Positions 48,354 to 58,508 of a DNA stretch of 64,000 nt are shown piece after piece (position 1 is the stretch's first letter; each line of letters begins with the position of its first letter). The notes under the pieces are model-generated. The model saw nothing but the letters and a program-made list of their open reading frames with translations, was not told the origin of the DNA and did no database searches. The translations under genes and the position numbers were made by a program. The stretch is from a virus. Location of the stretch: positions 1 to 64,000 of IMG/VR virus record IMGVR_UViG_3300048592_000962, one strand, 5' to 3'.

Positions 48354-49198
48354 CGTACGGCGTGATGGGTTTGGGTTTGGACGCGGCGTCGATTGGCCGA
48401 GCGGTGGCCAGCGCCTACGGGACGCAGCGGCCCCCGCCGTCCGCGTCTTCGGGTTCTGCGCCACAGCAGTCGAGTTCGATGGCTTCTCAGATCGGCCGAG
48501 CGGTGGCCAGCGCCTACGGGACGCAGAAGGCGCCTCCGACAGCCACGCCCGGCACCTTGTTCACGAGATCACAGCCTGCGCGAGTCGGTCATGCGGCTGC
48601 GCAGGATCCGATTCTGGGGTCCGCGTCCCTGATGGCCGCGTCTCTTCTTCGACAGGTGTCCGGGCTCCCGGAGTCGAAGAGAATCGACGCGGCACGCAGG
48701 AAGCTCAACGAGATCCACCCTGGTCTCGGGAACACAGCCGTGTCTAAGGCGAAGGAGCTTCGCCGCAAAGGGCGTCCGTTCAACCAGGCGTTGTTCGATG
48801 GGATGCGGCTGGCGATCGCCAATCGCGTGGCCGAGTACACCGCGTCTCGCATGGGTGTCTCGGGACTCGGCGCGGTGAAGACCGAGAACTTGCAGGCGGG
48901 GTTCTGCGCGATGATCGGCGCGGGGACGGCGGGCGCGGGCATGGCGGCAGCTTTCAAGAACCCGACGGCCACCGAGGGGATTCTGTCGTCGGGGCAGGCG
49001 GGGGGTCAGATCGCAGGTTGTGGGGCTGGGACGCTGTCTCAGCAGGCAGCGGCGACGCAGGCTCAGCTGGATGCAGCAGCAGCGGCAGCGGCGGCGAGTT
49101 CGAGTTCGGGCGGGGGCACCTCGCCGTGGCTTTGGGCGGGGCTCGGGCTCGTCGCGATTGCGGGCATCGGCCTGGTGGTGGTCAAGGCGAAGTCATGA
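48350..49198 (+). CDS. Tail-anchored membrane protein (paralog group A)
   Basis: VMGLG, VSGLG; IGRAVASAYGTQ twice; C-terminal TM. Confidence 0.7.
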   Translation: MTYGVMGLGLDAASIGRAVASAYGTQRPPPSASSGSAPQQSSSMASQIGRAVASAYGTQKAPPTATPGTLFTRSQPARVGHAAAQDPILGSASLMAASLLRQVSGLPESKRIDAARRKLNEIHPGLGNTAVSKAKELRRKGRPFNQALFDGMRLAIANRVAEYTASRMGVSGLGAVKTENLQAGFCAMIGAGTAGAGMAAAFKNPTATEGILSSGQAGGQIAGCGAGTLSQQAAATQAQLDAAAAAAAASSSSGGGTSPWLWAGLGLVAIAGIGLVVVKAKS

Positions 49199-49902
49199 GC
49201 TACGCGCGTCGACAGAACCCGTCGGTGATCAGCGTGGGCCGTGCCGCCCACCGCGATCCCATCCTCGCGCAGGCATCTCTCGCCGCCGCGAAGATTCTTC
49301 GACAGGCCGTCTCCAAGCCTCGGTCGGTCCGGGAAGATTTCGTCCGAAACTCGTTGACGAGCAAGTACGGAACAGAGGCTGCTCGGTCCTACGAACGAGC
49401 GATGCGACGACTGAAGTCGAAGGGGTGGGCGAGGAATCAGTCCATCTACGATGCGATTCGACTCTCGATCGCCGATGCTCTGACACGAGAAGGACTTCTC
49501 GCAATCGACACAGCGATCAAACAGGAGATGGGCGTAGATCACGGTCTCGGGATCTCCGAGAAAGGTCGGCAGGTGGGCTGCGGCATCACGGGCGGAGTCA
49601 CGCTCGTAGGTGGGATCGTCGCGTCGATCTACGGCGGGCAGGCGGGCGGCACGGGGGCGAATGTTGGTGGTCAGCTGATCGGAACAGCGCTCGATTGCAG
49701 CAAGGCCGAGCGTGAGGCGGCTCAACGTCTCGCCGAGCAGCAAGCAGCGGCGGCTCAGGCTGAGCTGGCGCGGACGCAAGCGCTGGCCGAGCAAGAGGCC
49801 GCCCGAGGCAAGGAGACCACGAAGCGAGTTCTCGTGGTTGCGGGCATCGGCGGAGCTGTCGCGTTGGTGGGGCTCATCGGATATGCGATCGTGAAGGTCT
49901 GA
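49195..49902 (+). CDS. Tail-anchored membrane protein (paralog group A)
   Basis: VGRAAHRDPILAQAS matches VGHAAAQDPILGSAS; DHGLG; C-terminal TM. Confidence 0.7.
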   Translation: MSYARRQNPSVISVGRAAHRDPILAQASLAAAKILRQAVSKPRSVREDFVRNSLTSKYGTEAARSYERAMRRLKSKGWARNQSIYDAIRLSIADALTREGLLAIDTAIKQEMGVDHGLGISEKGRQVGCGITGGVTLVGGIVASIYGGQAGGTGANVGGQLIGTALDCSKAEREAAQRLAEQQAAAAQAELARTQALAEQEAARGKETTKRVLVVAGIGGAVALVGLIGYAIVKV

Positions 49903-49916
49903 GGCTGGAGACGACC

Positions 49917-51326
49917 ATGAAGGATTACGGCGACCTCTTCGACGACGATTACGGCGTGATGCCCCGCCCCACGATGCGCGGGTCTGCGAATCTCGACGTT
50001 CAGGACTACCAGGGGTACGACGGAGATTCGTCGATCCTCGACGACGATCTGCAAGAGGACACGCCCTCGCGCCCTGGCTCGGGCGCCGCGCCGGCACCGG
50101 ACATCGACGGTACCGACGACTACGACTTCCTCGAAGGCGACATGGACGATCCGGGCATGAAGCAGACGACCTACGGCGCGTCGCCGTGGGGCCCCGGTTC
50201 TTCCTCGGGCTACCGCCCGTACAGCCAGCAGCGAACGGACATGGCGCTCCGCGCTCTCGGCGATAGCCACACTCCGGAGACCAAGCCGATGCACGACGAC
50301 GAGATGATGCTGGAACCCGAGGTCATCGACGCGGTGGGCGCGAAGCCGATCGAGCCGTGGTCCAAGGAGTGGCACGGCAACCAGAACCAGATGCCGTCCA
50401 ATGCGGACATCGACCCGCTCACTCTCTACGATCGCTCGTCGTACGAGTACGACGACGACTCGTCTCAGTCGACGATCGGAAGCGGCATCTTCGACGTTGA
50501 AGAGGGCGTCACCTTCCGTCCTCGCGATGGCATCTTCGCCAACCAGTATGCGGTACCCGCGTACCTGGCAGAAGAGGATGAGCTGGGCGTGCAGCAGTCG
50601 GAGATGTGGGATTCGACGGCCGGCGAGTGGCGAGTCACTCAGCCTTCGGCGTCGGGTGTTCCTCTCTCGCGGAAGGTGCGGAAGCTGAAGCCTCCGCCGG
50701 CCGGTCTTCGTCCGGAAAAGACCGGGCCGAGGTCGCACGTCGAGGCCTTCGGTCGAAAGGCGGCGCGTACGCTTCTTCAGGAAGCTCAGGCGCATCAGGG
50801 CGCGAATCGTGAGCGCTTCATGGCGAATGCGATCTCCGCTCTCGGCCCGAACATGACGGTCACGGCGCGAAAGATCGCAGACGAGCTGATTCGTCTGGGG
50901 TATCCGGCCAACGTGGCGTTCGAGGATGCGCTCGCGCACTGCGTGATGCACGCGGCCGTTCGCGATCTGTTCGAGCGCGCCACCGGCAAGACGCGGAGCA
51001 TGCTCCCTCGCCTGGACCGAATGGCGAACACCGTGCAGCGGCGCAGCTCCGAGATGCGTGAGCACGCGAGCAAGCACCTGCTGCCTCTCACGCGCAACAC
51101 CGAGGACCTTCGGCGCGATCTCGGCGCGCTGTACGCGAGCCCGTGCGCCCGTGGTCTTGGGCAGGCGGCGGAAGGCGAAGCGCCGGTTGCGACGGCGCCC
51201 ACTCCGGCGGCGTCGATGATGACGACGCGGAATGTTCTGATCGCAGGCGGCCTCGGTCTCGGCGCGTTCCTGGTCTACAAGAACCGCAAGAAGATCGTCG
51301 CGAACGTCAAGAAGATGGTGAGGTGA
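49917..51326 (+). CDS. Membrane protein with long acidic N-terminus
   Basis: D/Y-rich N-terminus, ARGLG, TM, KKIVANVKK. Confidence 0.7.
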   Translation: MKDYGDLFDDDYGVMPRPTMRGSANLDVQDYQGYDGDSSILDDDLQEDTPSRPGSGAAPAPDIDGTDDYDFLEGDMDDPGMKQTTYGASPWGPGSSSGYRPYSQQRTDMALRALGDSHTPETKPMHDDEMMLEPEVIDAVGAKPIEPWSKEWHGNQNQMPSNADIDPLTLYDRSSYEYDDDSSQSTIGSGIFDVEEGVTFRPRDGIFANQYAVPAYLAEEDELGVQQSEMWDSTAGEWRVTQPSASGVPLSRKVRKLKPPPAGLRPEKTGPRSHVEAFGRKAARTLLQEAQAHQGANRERFMANAISALGPNMTVTARKIADELIRLGYPANVAFEDALAHCVMHAAVRDLFERATGKTRSMLPRLDRMANTVQRRSSEMREHASKHLLPLTRNTEDLRRDLGALYASPCARGLGQAAEGEAPVATAPTPAASMMTTRNVLIAGGLGLGAFLVYKNRKKIVANVKKMVR

Positions 51327-51330
51327 AGCC

Positions 51331-51624
51331 GTGCGAGCAGACGATTACGTGAGCGACGACGCGAAGTACGCGCAGCAGGTCGAAGACATGAGCGGCGTGC
51401 ACCATCACCAGGCGGGCATGGCGCCCTATCCGCTGTACGGTGTGCCTCCGCTCGGGCAGGAGATGGAGGTCGCGATTCCGTTCTATCGCCGGCCGATCTT
51501 CTGCTACCCGGTCGGCATCGCGATCGGATTCGGCATCGGCTACGCGTTCTTCGAGTGGTTCAAGCCGAAGTACATGAAGTCCAACGGCAAGAAGAAGAAG
51601 TCGAAGGACGAATCGGAGGAGTGA
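51331..51624 (+). CDS. Small tail-anchored membrane protein
   Basis: PPLGQ, TM, MKSNGKKKK. Confidence 0.65.
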   Translation: MRADDYVSDDAKYAQQVEDMSGVHHHQAGMAPYPLYGVPPLGQEMEVAIPFYRRPIFCYPVGIAIGFGIGYAFFEWFKPKYMKSNGKKKKSKDESEE

Positions 51625-51625
51625 C

Positions 51626-51949
51626 GTGAGCTACAAGGTCAACAGGGCGCTCGGGTTTCAGCGCTGGGGCGTGACGAATCCGTTCGTTTTCGCTGACCTC
51701 AGCCAGCCGCAACGGCTCCGTGGCGGTGTCTCTCCAGTGGTGTTTCAGACGCAGCCTCCATCGCTTCGATCGGTTCATCTCGGTCAGCTTTCGCCGGCCG
51801 AAGAGCTGAAGAGAGCGGAGCGCATGGAGACGATTGCGATTGCGGGATTCGCGGTGAGCTTGGCCTCGCTGTATCTCGGCTGGCAGCAGTTCAGCAACAA
51901 GAAGAAGATGGCCTCCAATCGGAGGAAGCGAAGGAAGGCAGCGCGATGA
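51626..51949 (+). CDS. Small tail-anchored membrane protein
   Basis: HLGQ, TM, MASNRRKRRK. Confidence 0.65.
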   Translation: MSYKVNRALGFQRWGVTNPFVFADLSQPQRLRGGVSPVVFQTQPPSLRSVHLGQLSPAEELKRAERMETIAIAGFAVSLASLYLGWQQFSNKKKMASNRRKRRKAAR

Positions 51950-52836
51950 CGTACTACGCAACCGCCGGTCTCGGGTACGGCGTGGACATCTCTCACTACG
52001 GTGCCCCCTACCAGGGCATGCTCGGCCTTGGGCAGGCGACGTGGTCGCCGGGTCCGGGGCAGACACCGGCCGATGATCCGCGCATGGTGAAGAAGTTCGC
52101 CGTGGTGCGGTCGGTCTATCGCGTGCGGAACGTTCCGAGCGACAAGGCGGGACGCCTCGCAGATCTTCTTCTGTCCCGCGCGAGAACCCTGTTTCAGGGG
52201 AGCACGGTCCGGAAGATCGGGACGACCGGTTGGATGAACGACGGTCGTGTCGGATTCGAGGTGATTCTCGCCGCCGCGACGCGCGCCGGAGAGATCAAGC
52301 TCCGAAACGCAACGGCGCGTGACGTGGCCGGTCAGCTCGGTGGCGGAGCCGAGTTGTACGATGCGCAGACGATCATCTCGCCAACGGACTACATGCCGCT
52401 CGAAGACACTATGCTCCCGCCCGGCGAGCAGCCGGTGGCGACGATGGACTCGACTGGGACGCGCACGATCGGCGGCCTTCCGATCTGGGCCGCAGCAGGC
52501 ATCGGCGTCGCCGCGCTCGGAGCGCTCGCGTTCGTTATGACGCGGAAGAAGCCAGTAACCTCGAACCGACGTCAGCGAGCGCGACGTCGGATGAGGCCCA
52601 ATGGCCGTCCGGAGTTCGCGACCAAGGCCGAAGCCGAGTCGATGATTCGCGATCTGAACGCCACCTACAAGCGCATGGGATACCCGCCTCCGTCGCCTCC
52701 GATGCGTGCGGTACCAGATGGCAACGGCTGGAAGATCACCAGCGACCTTCTTGACTCGATCTACGGCGATAAACCGAAGAGTCGCAAGCGCAAGGTGTCG
52801 AAGAACATCTTGAGGCGACGCTCTGCCAGGAGGTGA
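51946..52836 (+). CDS. Membrane protein with a post-TM domain
   Basis: AGLGYG, MLGLG, TM, VTSNRRQR..MRPNG, extra domain, VSKNILRRR. Confidence 0.7.
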   Translation: MTYYATAGLGYGVDISHYGAPYQGMLGLGQATWSPGPGQTPADDPRMVKKFAVVRSVYRVRNVPSDKAGRLADLLLSRARTLFQGSTVRKIGTTGWMNDGRVGFEVILAAATRAGEIKLRNATARDVAGQLGGGAELYDAQTIISPTDYMPLEDTMLPPGEQPVATMDSTGTRTIGGLPIWAAAGIGVAALGALAFVMTRKKPVTSNRRQRARRRMRPNGRPEFATKAEAESMIRDLNATYKRMGYPPPSPPMRAVPDGNGWKITSDLLDSIYGDKPKSRKRKVSKNILRRRSARR

Positions 52837-52839
52837 GTC

Positions 52840-53382
52840 GTGAGCTACTCGCACCTTGGGTCTGCGCTGATCGGCCCGCAGAGAGCCACGAGCAGCGCGA
52901 AGAAGCCGGTTCTTCGCGTGAACCCGAAGCTCAAGCTTTCGCTGTCGCCATCCGCGATCAAGCCGAAGTCGGTGCTCGTGGTCGGCCCGAGCATTTCGTC
53001 TGCGCCGAAAGCTCCGGTGGTCACAGCCAAGCCCCCGCCTCCGGTCTTGTTCTTGCCGGCTCCGAAGCCGCCGGTGATGTCGACTCCTCCGCCCGCCGCG
53101 CCCCCGCCTGCGGATTCGACTCCGAAGCCGCCGGCAGATGTGTGGTCGGATTGGGAGACGGGGTCGCCGGAGATGCCGGCGGCAGCTGAGCAATCTGTCT
53201 ACGAGCCTCCTCCGCCAGAGGTTCAGGAGCCATCGCAGGCCGAACCGCTTGTGCCTGCAAAGTCGCTGCCGTGGGCGTGGATCGCTCTCGGGCTGACGGC
53301 CACTGCGCTCCTCGGGTACGCGGTGTTCAAGCGCAAGCCCGTGTCGCCGAACCGTCGGCGTCGTCGGAGGTCTCGTCGATGA
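52840..53382 (+). CDS. Pro-rich tail-anchored membrane protein
   Basis: MSYSHLG, TM, VSPNRRRRRRSRR. Confidence 0.7.
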   Translation: MSYSHLGSALIGPQRATSSAKKPVLRVNPKLKLSLSPSAIKPKSVLVVGPSISSAPKAPVVTAKPPPPVLFLPAPKPPVMSTPPPAAPPPADSTPKPPADVWSDWETGSPEMPAAAEQSVYEPPPPEVQEPSQAEPLVPAKSLPWAWIALGLTATALLGYAVFKRKPVSPNRRRRRRSRR

Positions 53383-54095
53383 GTTATGCGCTTGGACAGG
53401 CGGCCGATTCCGCTTTGAAGGAGCAGACGGCCTTTGCGGAACAGACGTCGCTGACGGAGTTCTCCGACGGCTCGATCGAGGTGAGCAGTCCGAAGGTTGT
53501 GGTCTCTGCGCAGTACCGCGGTCAGTTCAGCGTGTACACGCAGCAGGGAACGAACCCGCCGTACATCGTCGTGTCTCGCGCGGATGCGCAGGCGAGAGGA
53601 GTGCCGATTCTGGCCGATCCGTGGGCCGCTTATCAGGCGGGTCAGAAGTTGCCCGCGCCGATGGCGGCTCAGGTGAAGGCGAGCGGCGTGCCGATTCCTC
53701 AGGCGGGCAAGCGGTGGATCCCGTGGGCGCTCGTGGGCGGCGGCTTGGCTGTCGCGCTCGGCCTTGTGCTCATGGTGTCGTTCAAGAGCATGAAGCCGAA
53801 TCGTCGTCGACGTCGTCGGCTAAGAGAGAACATGAGTCGTCGCGTTCCCTACGACAGCAAGCCGGTCACCAAGCATGGCAAACACGGGACCATGTATTTG
53901 TACGAGATCGAGTTCGAGGAGGATGAACGCGACGACGGGAGGCCGGAGTGGATGAGACGCTGGCAGACGTATGCTTACGATCAAGAGCATGCGATCGAAA
54001 GCTTTTACGAGTCATACGACCGCTCAAATCCGGGTGCGTCGTTGGATCTTCCGGTGAAAGTCGTTTCCGCGAAGCGGGTGATGAGGCGTCAATGA
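53379..54095 (+). CDS. Membrane protein with a post-TM domain
   Basis: MSYALGQ, TM, MKPNRRRRRRLREN, then an acidic/aromatic domain. Confidence 0.7.
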   Translation: MSYALGQAADSALKEQTAFAEQTSLTEFSDGSIEVSSPKVVVSAQYRGQFSVYTQQGTNPPYIVVSRADAQARGVPILADPWAAYQAGQKLPAPMAAQVKASGVPIPQAGKRWIPWALVGGGLAVALGLVLMVSFKSMKPNRRRRRRLRENMSRRVPYDSKPVTKHGKHGTMYLYEIEFEEDERDDGRPEWMRRWQTYAYDQEHAIESFYESYDRSNPGASLDLPVKVVSAKRVMRRQ

Positions 54096-54652
54096 GCTAC
54101 CTGAGCGGTTACGGCGGAAGGCGCGCGTTCGGTGGGTTTGGGTACGGCTCGCTGGGCTCCGCCTTTCAGATCGGACCTACCAGCGACTCCCTGCGCTCCC
54201 TCCAAAGAGAGCTGGCGCGACTCGGCTACCTTCAGGGCGACAACGGTCCGTTCGGCGCCGATGGGTACTGGGGCCCTCGAACGGCTCTGGCTCTTCGGCA
54301 GGCGGCGACGTACTTGCGCTGGACGGATGCCCCCTACACGCCGACGAATGCGGACTCGTTGCGGTCCGGGTCGGTTGAGGTTCCGGACGATCTGATCGCT
54401 CGAATCCGAGCGGCGTCTCCTGACCCGAACGCAAGCCGCGCCGGGTCCGACCAGCCCGCGTCGATCGTCGACCCTGTCGACCCGGCGCCGTCTACCTCAC
54501 CGGTTCCTTCGACGCGTCTCGCGCGAGCCCCGTGGGTTGTTCCGGTGGCGGTGGGAGGGGTCACGCTGCTGGCGGTGGGTGCGCTCCTGCTGACGCGTGG
54601 GAAGAAGCCGGTGACATCGAACCGACGTCGGCGAGCGCGACGGCGCCGCTGA
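54092..54652 (+). CDS. Peptidoglycan-binding (PGBD) tail-anchored protein
   Basis: LQRELARLGY...ADGYWGPRT..AL; LSGYG; TM; VTSNRRRR. Confidence 0.75.
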   Translation: MSYLSGYGGRRAFGGFGYGSLGSAFQIGPTSDSLRSLQRELARLGYLQGDNGPFGADGYWGPRTALALRQAATYLRWTDAPYTPTNADSLRSGSVEVPDDLIARIRAASPDPNASRAGSDQPASIVDPVDPAPSTSPVPSTRLARAPWVVPVAVGGVTLLAVGALLLTRGKKPVTSNRRRRARRRR

Positions 54653-54685
54653 TTTCGGGTACCGTAGGGCCAAGGCTGGGCTGGT

Positions 54686-55381
54686 ATGATCTACACCGAC
54701 GAAGAACTGAGCGAGATCGAGGGCTACGACGAGGACGACGAGGAGTCCGCCGCTCCGATGGTGGCGGCTCACGGGTCCTCGGGCGCATCCATGCAGGCAC
54801 CCGGAGCGATCCCGCTCTACCCACTTTCCCTGGCTCACCTTGGGCAGCAGCCGTCACCAGCGGCGGGAATGCTGGGCTTCGTGAAGAAGAAGGTCGGTCC
54901 GCTGCCTGTGTGGGCGTGGGCCGCGCTGGGCGTGGGTGTTGCGGGCGGCGGATGGTACTTCCTCAGTCGTCGCAAGAAGTCGGAAGGATCTGGCGAGGAA
55001 GATGCTGGGGGTCTCGCACAGAACGACGGCGGAGGAGATTCCGCACCGGCCGGCTGGTCGCCGAGTCGGTCGAGCTTCGCGGCTCAGTTGCAGCGTTTCT
55101 TCGACAAGAAGGGTCTCACGCAAGCGGTCGTTGTCTGGCATGACGCCGAGGACGCGCAGCGCAAGGGGAAGCTGAAGTTCGTTTCCCCGTTGATCAACGT
55201 GCAGGTCAAGGACAAGTCGGTGAAGGTCGACGCAGCGCTTCAGAAGTTCTGTCGTCGCGAAGGCCTGAACCCGACGCAGCACGACGATGGTTCAATCGGC
55301 CTCTACCCGCACACGGGCAAGAGGGGCAAGGCATGGGAAGACTACGTCGACGCACTGCGTGACGATGGTCAGCAAGTGTGA
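54686..55381 (+). CDS. Membrane protein
   Basis: HLGQ; KKVGPLPVWAW TM. Confidence 0.65.
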   Translation: MIYTDEELSEIEGYDEDDEESAAPMVAAHGSSGASMQAPGAIPLYPLSLAHLGQQPSPAAGMLGFVKKKVGPLPVWAWAALGVGVAGGGWYFLSRRKKSEGSGEEDAGGLAQNDGGGDSAPAGWSPSRSSFAAQLQRFFDKKGLTQAVVVWHDAEDAQRKGKLKFVSPLINVQVKDKSVKVDAALQKFCRREGLNPTQHDDGSIGLYPHTGKRGKAWEDYVDALRDDGQQV

Positions 55382-55388
55382 GGAAACC

Positions 55389-55835
55389 ATGAGCTACCAC
55401 GGACTCGGACAGGCATCGACGACGCTCACCAACACGACCACTGCGACCGTTGCGTCGATTCAGTGTGCCCTCCGTGCTCGTGGGGCGTCTATCTCAGTTG
55501 ATGGGCGGTTCGGTCCGAACACGCGCGCAGCGCTCGTGAGTCAGCAGACAGCGTATCTGCCGTCGGTGATTGGTCTACTCTTCCAGGATGCGTCGACTGG
55601 TGCGTCCTCGATTCAGATCAACAAGACGTTCTACGAGTGGCTCATGGGCAGTAGCTCATGTCGCGGGGCGACGCCGAGCGCGCCGAGCGCGCCGACAGAG
55701 ACGACTGTGCCGGAGTCACCGATCGAGATGCCTGTCGAGAGCGAGGGCACATCGTGGAAGATGTGGGCTCCGATCGGCGGCGCGGTCGCCCTTGTCGGGC
55801 TCGGCGTATACTTCCTGAAGCGCCGGAGGGGATGA
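55389..55835 (+). CDS. PGBD-like tail-anchored protein
   Basis: MSYHGLGQ; IQCAL...VDGRFGPNTRAAL; TM plus KRRR. Confidence 0.7.
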   Translation: MSYHGLGQASTTLTNTTTATVASIQCALRARGASISVDGRFGPNTRAALVSQQTAYLPSVIGLLFQDASTGASSIQINKTFYEWLMGSSSCRGATPSAPSAPTETTVPESPIEMPVESEGTSWKMWAPIGGAVALVGLGVYFLKRRRG

Positions 55836-56671
55836 TGCGATCTCTTGGACAGGTGCCGGCGCCGACTCTTCTCACGGGTTACTCGGCGCTCCAGACAGCG
55901 ATTATCGCCTTCGAGTCGAACGCTCTCACGCGCGCGGTGGTCCGCGCCTCGTCGGGCATTCCGGCGAACGTGATCGTGAAGGCCTTTGAGACGGCGCGGA
56001 CGAAGGCGTCATCGGCTCAGCCGCGAGAGATGTCGGAGACGGACGTCTTCGCGATGCTGCTGGGAACGCTCACCCAGGCTCGCACAGATCTCGTCCGCGC
56101 CAAGCTGTTCATGTACTCGACCGCGTCGGGGAACACAGCGGCGAGAGGAAAGTTCGAGCAGATACTCGCGGCAGATTTGCAGATGCTCCAGCAGGTCAGC
56201 AACATCTTGTCGCGAATGGTCGCCGAGGGCGCGATGCCGACTCTTACGAGACTCGTCGGAGGCACATCGGGGCTCGGGTTCATCACGATCGCGATCTCAG
56301 CCCTGCGGCTGGTGTGGTCGGCGATTCAGGCGTGGCAGGTGATTCAGGTTCGTCGTGAGAGGTATCTGCGTGAGCAGATTGCTCTGTGCGAGGAGCTGAC
56401 GCGTCGCGGGACGCCGTGTACACCGCAGCGGGTGGCGGAACTTCAGGCGGAGCTTCAGCAGCTCACCGATACGCCTGCGGCGAGGTTCTTGGACAGCGTC
56501 GGCGAGGGCATTCGCAACGTGACGAGCCCGTTCGACAACGTGGGCCAGGGGATCGGCAAGGGGCTGAAGATCGGCATTACCACGCTCTCGGTGGGCGTCG
56601 GACTCGTCGCGCTCTGGTGGGCGTGGCCTCTGATCAGCTCGACCAGGCGCAAGCGACGCGAGGCCGAGTGA
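55832..56671 (+). CDS. Helical membrane protein
   Basis: SLGQ, TSGLG, two hydrophobic segments. Confidence 0.65.
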   Translation: MMRSLGQVPAPTLLTGYSALQTAIIAFESNALTRAVVRASSGIPANVIVKAFETARTKASSAQPREMSETDVFAMLLGTLTQARTDLVRAKLFMYSTASGNTAARGKFEQILAADLQMLQQVSNILSRMVAEGAMPTLTRLVGGTSGLGFITIAISALRLVWSAIQAWQVIQVRRERYLREQIALCEELTRRGTPCTPQRVAELQAELQQLTDTPAARFLDSVGEGIRNVTSPFDNVGQGIGKGLKIGITTLSVGVGLVALWWAWPLISSTRRKRREAE

Positions 56672-57183
56672 TGCTTGCTCAGGTGCAGTTCAGCCCGCAC
56701 CCGCCTCCTCCCAAGGCGCCGAACGTGGGCCTCATGGTCGGCTGGGCAGCCGTGGTCGCCATGGCGGGAGGCATCTTCTACTACACGCTTCGAGGTCCGG
56801 TTCGAGCAAACCGGCCGCGAAGAAATCCGAAGCTCGTCGGCAATCCCGACGTACGTGACGCAGTCAGCGATGCCGTTCGTTTTCGAGGCGTGACACTGCG
56901 GTCGGCGGGAGCGCCATCTGGCGTTGTGAAGGCGTCCAAGGCTCTCCCAGAAGGCGTGTATCGCATCGCGAGCAGCGGCGACGTTACGGTGTATCGTAGC
57001 CAGGATGTTCCCTCTTCGTTGATCACGTCCGTTCGTATCGCGGCTACCAAGTCGAGCGAGTCTCAGGTGTGGCTCGTGAAGGTGGCTCGTTCGCCTGCTG
57101 GTCGACTGAAGCGCGTTCCGATTCGTGGATACAGGAAGCGTCGAGGCCGCGTGGAGACAGTGTTTCGCATCGAGGAAGCATGA
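56671..57183 (+). CDS. Membrane protein with a basic post-TM domain
   Basis: TM, then VRANRPRRNPKLVGNP. Confidence 0.6.
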   Translation: MLAQVQFSPHPPPPKAPNVGLMVGWAAVVAMAGGIFYYTLRGPVRANRPRRNPKLVGNPDVRDAVSDAVRFRGVTLRSAGAPSGVVKASKALPEGVYRIASSGDVTVYRSQDVPSSLITSVRIAATKSSESQVWLVKVARSPAGRLKRVPIRGYRKRRGRVETVFRIEEA

Positions 57184-57767
57184 CCTCCAAGCGGACATCC
57201 CGTCGCTTCGTGAAGAGACGAACCTCGCGACTTGCGAGAAACGGCAAATCATCTCGTCGATCTACTCAGAACAAAGACGTTCGTCGACTCATTGATCTTG
57301 CGGAGTCGCAGGGTTGGGCCATCGAGACGACGGGTGGAAATCACTTACGGTTCATTCCTCCGGATCCCACCAAGCCGATGGTGCATACGTCGAGCACGCC
57401 CTCCGACCGCCGGGCGGTGCAAAATCTTGAGGCGCAGCTGAGGAAGTCGGGCTTGATCGTCGCCAAGCAGGACGACAAGAAGTCGCCGAAGAAGAATCCG
57501 TCGAGCGAGCCGTGGCTCATGCGGGATTACCGTGCGGGGATGATGTTGGAGTTCATCCTCGGTGATCGAAACGCGGGGGTGCCTCCCGGCACTGTCGCGG
57601 TTGTCGATGCGGTTCGAGGCGGCGGTCTGGACGTCACCATCATGGACTCGTACGACCCGTCGTTGGTCGGCGAGCGTGTGGCGGTGGAGCTGGTCTACGA
57701 GCGGGATGGGCGGCTGCATCGAACGACGCCAGATCAGCTGGCGCTCTACTGGCGCACGGTGGAGTGA
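57180..57767 (+). CDS. HicA-like domain protein with an Arg-rich leader
   Basis: LIDLAESQGW...GGNHLRF..P...SSTPSDRRA..N...LRKSG. Confidence 0.65.
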   Translation: MTSKRTSRRFVKRRTSRLARNGKSSRRSTQNKDVRRLIDLAESQGWAIETTGGNHLRFIPPDPTKPMVHTSSTPSDRRAVQNLEAQLRKSGLIVAKQDDKKSPKKNPSSEPWLMRDYRAGMMLEFILGDRNAGVPPGTVAVVDAVRGGGLDVTIMDSYDPSLVGERVAVELVYERDGRLHRTTPDQLALYWRTVE

Positions 57768-58138
57768 TGCGGAGCCGAGGTGCAGGTTGTACGATCCGAG
57801 CGGCCAGCACGGGTCGAGTTCTTCTATTGAGGAGAAGCCCCACGTGCCCGCCGGGCGGAGTTTGGTCGATTCCAGCGGGCGGTGTAGATCGCGGCGAAAC
57901 GGCCATCTTTGCGGCCCTTCGTGAGTTGGAGGAGGAGACCGGTTTCTGCGGCGACGTGTCAATACTGTTTCATTCGCAGGACAGTCAGTTTCTCAATCTT
58001 GCTTGCGAGGTGAAGTCTGAATTCCGCGTAAGGCTGAACTGGGAGAACGACGCAGCGGGGTGGTTCGACATCGATGACTTGCCAGATCCGTTGTACCGGG
58101 GACTTCGTCCGTTCCTGAGGCGAGTCGTCTCGTGGTAG
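57764..58138 (+). CDS. Nudix hydrolase
   Basis: GGVDRGETAIFAALRELEEETG (Nudix box); LNWE. Confidence 0.85.
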   Translation: MMRSRGAGCTIRAASTGRVLLLRRSPTCPPGGVWSIPAGGVDRGETAIFAALRELEEETGFCGDVSILFHSQDSQFLNLACEVKSEFRVRLNWENDAAGWFDIDDLPDPLYRGLRPFLRRVVSW

Positions 58139-58157
58139 AGTCGGTGAGGAGGCTTTC

Positions 58158-58508
58158 GTGGCGCTGTACTCCGTGTGGAACTGGGACCGAAACGCCTGGG
58201 CGATCTATCGCACCAGCGCTCCCGTGAGCGTCGGCGACGATGCCTTGCCGCCGAGACCTCGTGGAGTCGGGCCGATAGGCGCTGACCCGGACACGCAGGT
58301 GAAGCCGTTGCCTCTCGGCGCTCGCTTCGTCGAGTTCAGCCACGTCGCCCGAGGAGAGATTCGGCGCAAGCCGGGGCACATCGCTGACCTCGGTGACGAC
58401 GCTGGTCGTTCGACGGCGACAGGTACGCGCTGGGGAGCCCTCGCGCTCGGTGCCGCTCTGGCATCGGGCGTCTGGTACCTCGCGACGAGGAAGAGGAGGC
58501 AGTCGTGA
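58158..58508 (+). CDS. Small tail-anchored membrane protein
   Basis: YSVWNW..., ADLG, TM, RKRR. Confidence 0.65.
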   Translation: MALYSVWNWDRNAWAIYRTSAPVSVGDDALPPRPRGVGPIGADPDTQVKPLPLGARFVEFSHVARGEIRRKPGHIADLGDDAGRSTATGTRWGALALGAALASGVWYLATRKRRQS

